64,000 nucleotides of DNA, taken from positions 1-64,000 of the IMG/VR virus record IMGVR_UViG_3300028048_000059; one strand, 5' to 3'. Shown here piece by piece: positions 62,201 to 64,000 of the stretch. Source of the DNA: a virus. Its lineage: Duplodnaviria; Caudoviricetes. Position 1 is the first letter of the stretch. The number at the start of each line of letters is the position of its first letter. Made by a program: the position numbers and the translations under genes. A model generated the notes under the pieces. That model had not been told where the DNA came from, did no database searches, and saw only the letters and a program-made list of their open reading frames with translations.

Positions 62201-62239
62201 GCTAAATGGTTAAAATTAGCATTCGCAGAAGAGCCATAA
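56282..62239 (+). CDS. Tail hub/central fibre protein (Tal-like)
   Basis: Follows Dit. Contains a coiled coil, GINADLIRTGRLDT and GNLTIQGKITATDGQIG. Confidence 0.75.
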   Translation: MIRNYEVSVWTLQDSFITVLKPDKLESKGQIENAKMHLVNDGTAELSFTIPMYLGHTENTYWYDETNEAAPTRENPLWQNTVNGVILAGMRKIKVIFNKQTEDEAVFEFVITKVTERHEKDEKWCDVECEGLAFHELGKNGYKISLTEETYYNDYEDWAKTEYTESEEAAHMAAEPRNNIEYWLHKIFDGTDWNWSVQMDYANHDGIVYRLDLTNSAIDHAWVDLSNIADEEYHDTKLLTYFDLTKEQQAVVNQRRENMGLWRCDKIYEEEYVTEWDDDSQTNSVPFGSSNYITNASIGPLTDVKINIKQVQEAEESSSTNNRPISGWTKANIYIDSTHTTTAPAKTIEFPETVYGGTLDVTSGTLTVTQCVDVFDGSEKWTYAGMAGSRPYYSTATTNYYLNVKKGTGGVSANWLPVIDDEQDQTYTLSSVRLRSSSAAQNIVFFIVGSDLPNITDASTLQAYLKEHPLQVSYPIMTPKVQTINPTSITTPTSNSYIWSDAGDISVIYQTQPTAIFPGAVEKAKEKERLINCEESNIYNITQDLAEAFGVFCKYKYYYNDNYHITGREVIFYNTFIQDSTGVIDITYPYDTGKITREMDSADVATKLYVKKLENSNTASGWATITDTAINKTLEDYILNFDYLYTIGTITEEQYAEIPKFETDVRKLNLEMLPKEQELDLLQLKLPEAEAAVTVLNNAVALDQERISANDDLLNNLTNGTQILHVTANRPNLSYLVPDKDAKEDEKPYKIILREKGIIKDTVHVYKKWELSSAQTTENTEGTENTESTEDTATETETTTETETTGNESTPANTEEEIGRYTLTEEVTYSPRFDADGNLIALANLAKSDDESSLRYITYDYRPALYYDNIKESWVRRLNDDEANRVKAQAELETIQNRIEVLKAELEALMIQKDNLLKYFNRLMGPALREANWQPEDEYGKFGAKYNTKLSFSDFNKDTLIQLYWDDVGFEDEQKNTYVIGAAEQVTRHYPCVELTQEFIQNFHNGGYTKLSDICFIFTDVNAEQISGSVTNPENTTTSTVDELKYYRYYAIGSQSQLAFVRSKLTGAIKPVLMLTGIETVNIYDGSEEEEVIIKQPTQEQLETFLSHNAQIGHIVPVYNAETTQFNYDIKTVQSFNGFLDTEEYDTIVFPRIRVNSLNLKTNSDELNVALPPSGVKSNIPLSEYVDYYVTPRENEYYITLRPDVFYMKAQKLPDSNFSVNLNCMIADAASGIYLDALQIARENAYPKVEYTVDISMAKQDFMRVAYSTMNKIVHINDNELKFNHVQGYISDLDLDLDHPWQDKIGIKNYKTKFEDLFVDIVAQTEAMKKNSQIAEIGGQIFAPTGMLTKESLQEAFDGYNLQYEFNNGKLMIDDKNGILAASDEGVVAYRGGGIFTATEQDDDGNWVWNTGILPSGINADLIRTGRLDTNLINIYAGDNLKLQMNGTGLYAFKSWSDMVDFANESVASQILENLDEPLSDAALSYVVFNEEGLFLTMNDGAPYIDTDGTVQTLDLEALENPVDKVNRVEISWRGLILRNNANEEVFYADPDTGNLTIQGKITATDGQIGPWMIGSRSLYQTLDTKIENGQEQEAVPFATKNTIYLGEEGLSISDLFQLKTEVVQSTAMGSTEIKRILSDFSINEYVLTAPTQEEKEEEQTESANTVLSPIFQIKNIQTSTSPAYQIIINSDVQFGNNFVLPIKNGGTGSNDGTGLYYKVSTEEALGNIEAKNGDLAVVLNDDNKIVYTNYTTVVHEAGDYYGPFDFNTDNSSFTKNHKNGAFGGVAALCWNTHLTTNEVKDGYSMPNGDNYARLGWVHNGNDVFNSAIWLPFTTTGNTINSGMTLKLTFYVQNRFWGNSNSQTNGVHQINGSSTDDNVFGIKIIGSDYSTILASGNFKVTHEVSRDFEQQKLDCYCKLINNLNKNEQAFLLFYANTGATNNSLTYLDCSNIQLFTGANQPNIPMLHIYSKKDAKWLKLAFAEEP

Positions 62240-62272
62240 AAAAATAAGCCCGCCGAAAGGCGGGCTTTATTC
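62240..62272. terminator. Bidirectional terminator between convergent operons
   Basis: AAGCCCGCC-GAAA-GGCGGGCTT flanked by A/T runs. Confidence 0.85.
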
Positions 62273-62662
62273 TTTTATAAAAGGCTCAATTAATAGCATA
62301 TCATTTGGTGAAAAATTGAGTTCCATCAACTCTTCAATATCAATCTGCTCGCTATTAATTATTACCTGCTCTTGCAGAGCATTATTAATCGTGTTATTAA
62401 AATCTTCAATTTTATCTCGTTCAAGTGAGATATTACCATTCTCATCTTGTTTGATGCGGCCGCCCTCATCGCGCTCCGCATATTTTTCAATCAATTGATT
62501 ACGAATTTCTGTAAAGCTGTCTACATGATTTTGTACTTCTTTACTAATCCTAGCAATCTTATACGCGGTGCGGACGGGCATCTTCATGCCCATCATTTCC
62601 TTTAAAATACTTACGCTATCAATAATTTGTCTTAGTGTTGCTTCAATCATGGTTCTCCCCAC
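62267..62662 (-). CDS. DUF1617-like hypothetical protein
   Basis: AYKIARI..., RNQLIEKYAERDE.G pattern. Confidence 0.55.
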   Translation of the reverse strand: MGRTMIEATLRQIIDSVSILKEMMGMKMPVRTAYKIARISKEVQNHVDSFTEIRNQLIEKYAERDEGGRIKQDENGNISLERDKIEDFNNTINNALQEQVIINSEQIDIEELMELNFSPNDMLLIEPFIKE

Positions 62663-63381
62663 TCTTTATTCTTTTTTAACAGGTGACAAAAATATTTACC
62701 GATACAAATAGCATCTGCCTCATCTTGTGTGCAATCTTGACCATACCATAATTTAACTTTGTCTTGCGCGGCTTTCTTTTTATTTTCTCGCCCCTTATCA
62801 TCCCCAACATTGCAATAGTTGCGCCATGTGGTTGAATAAACTAAATCATGGTCGATGCAGGCTTCAAAAATTGTGTCAACTAAAACGCCTTGCAAATTAG
62901 CAAGTGTACGATACATTTCTACTTGAAATTGGCCTTTACCAAAACTTTGCAGTTGAATATTTTCTAATCCAATGAAATCTGGCTGGCATTCTTCAATTAC
63001 AGAAATTAGCCATTTCTTCATTTTATTAATACGTTCTTCTGTGGGCAAATTTTTATCAACTTTATACGTACCAAAACTAACTAATTTTTGATTATCATAA
63101 ATTGAATAACCGGTCACCACAGTGGCCGCATCTAATGCTAATACTCTTTGTGTGTCGTCATTCTTTGGCGGCACTTTATTTTTTTGCCCCAAAAATGGTG
63201 CGCCAGCAAGGCATATATCACATTGTGGATGTTTCCGCCATTCATTATATGTTTTCTTTTGTAAATGCCCTTTTGGGCATTTCATTTCTAATTCTGTATT
63301 TAAATTTTTATATGAGTCACTAATCAACTCCCAACCCAACTCATTGAGATGATTAGTGACTGCATAAATGTTAATTGGCAT
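62647..63381 (-). CDS. RuvC-like Holliday junction resolvase with N-terminal zinc ribbon
   Basis: LALDAAT..TGY, IGLE, DEADAICIG; N-terminal CPKGH...CDIC. Confidence 0.8.
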   Translation of the reverse strand: MPINIYAVTNHLNELGWELISDSYKNLNTELEMKCPKGHLQKKTYNEWRKHPQCDICLAGAPFLGQKNKVPPKNDDTQRVLALDAATVVTGYSIYDNQKLVSFGTYKVDKNLPTEERINKMKKWLISVIEECQPDFIGLENIQLQSFGKGQFQVEMYRTLANLQGVLVDTIFEACIDHDLVYSTTWRNYCNVGDDKGRENKKKAAQDKVKLWYGQDCTQDEADAICIGKYFCHLLKKNKEWGEP

Positions 63382-64000
63382 TACTTGCCTGTGCTGCCGA
63401 AACCTTCATTGTTCCTTTCTGTCGTTTGTAGAATATCGACTTGCCGTGGCTTAAAACGATAGATAGGTTCAACCCATAGCTGAGCAATGCGGTCGCCGGC
63501 ATGAATAGTATAATCAGAATCAGAAATATTATCAAATAGAACTGTGACATCGCCAGTATAGCCAGTGTCAATAATTCCCATGCTATTGCTAAGACGAAGT
63601 GGCGTCTTCGCACCAATACTGGAACGTGGCGCCAATCTGGCTTGCCACCCTTCTGGAAGTTGTAGATGTATACCAGTTGGTACTTTTTGACCAATGACAT
63701 GCGCAGGAATTACGCAATCATTTAGAGCAGCGAGATCTGCACATGCGTCGCTTTCATGGGCATACTGTGGCATGGTGGCGCTGCCATCAAGCTTAATTGG
63801 TAGTTCAATATCATATGTAAGATAGCGGTCACTAGCTTCTTGATACATTTCTACAAAAATGTTAAGGACATTTTCTAGGATGGTGCGTTTTTCTTTTGAG
63901 GGCGCTAGATTATCTAGGAGAACGGTGATGCCGTTTGTTAGGTCAGCAATTTGCTGACTAACTTCTGACCGAGTGGCGGCTGCATCACGAAAACTTTGTA
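63381..64000 (-). CDS. dut: Trimeric dUTPase with N-terminal extension (5' end off window)
   Basis: ACADL, PRSS, GIIDTGYTG, GDRIAQL, RNNEGFGSTG. The frame stays open to the window edge. Confidence 0.9.
   Translation of the reverse strand, partial: QSFRDAAATRSEVSQQIADLTNGITVLLDNLAPSKEKRTILENVLNIFVEMYQEASDRYLTYDIELPIKLDGSATMPQYAHESDACADLAALNDCVIPAHVIGQKVPTGIHLQLPEGWQARLAPRSSIGAKTPLRLSNSMGIIDTGYTGDVTVLFDNISDSDYTIHAGDRIAQLWVEPIYRFKPRQVDILQTTERNNEGFGSTGK

Noticed and set aside
56282-62239. Diversity-generating retroelement target
   Set aside because: No reverse transcriptase or template/variable repeat pair was seen.

Overview
A 64-kb piece of a large tailed dsDNA phage, probably a siphovirus of a Firmicutes/Clostridia host (inferred from sigmaA-type promoters, AGGAGG-type RBSs and an SPbeta-like head-tail gene order). 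RIGHT PART (22.7-62.2 kb, + strand): morphogenesis module with terminase, portal, protease/scaffold, major capsid, neck proteins, two tail-tube paralogs, a ~4,520-aa tape measure, Dit and Tal. Four group I introns with homing endonucleases interrupt terL, a neck gene, the tail tube and the tape measure; two of them appear to end in A rather than the canonical omega-G. A convergent block (DUF1617-like, RuvC-like, dUTPase) closes the window. LEFT PART (1-22.5 kb) is the unusual region. About 40 small genes, mostly on the - strand, are organised as self-contained units (promoter-RBS-ORF-terminator). About 29 copies of a ~55-bp palindromic site, GTTAA-N6-GTTAA-N~6-GGCCGGCC-N~6-TTAAC-N6-TTAAC, separate the units. 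Units occur in both orientations and include dispersed paralog families (kinase-like, K/A-tailed, winged-helix, DEDD exonuclease, tiny acidic proteins) and two ORF-less structured-RNA units. Ten leaders share a covarying AAGGAAA(A)-loop hairpin. From 16 to 21.6 kb the array becomes a gene-poor repeat field with a 22-bp palindrome at 45-bp period and a CAGCTCGC array, beside two putative circularly permuted PD-(D/E)XK proteins. No recombinase, cas gene, tRNA or rRNA was recognised. All counts and alignments were done by eye.
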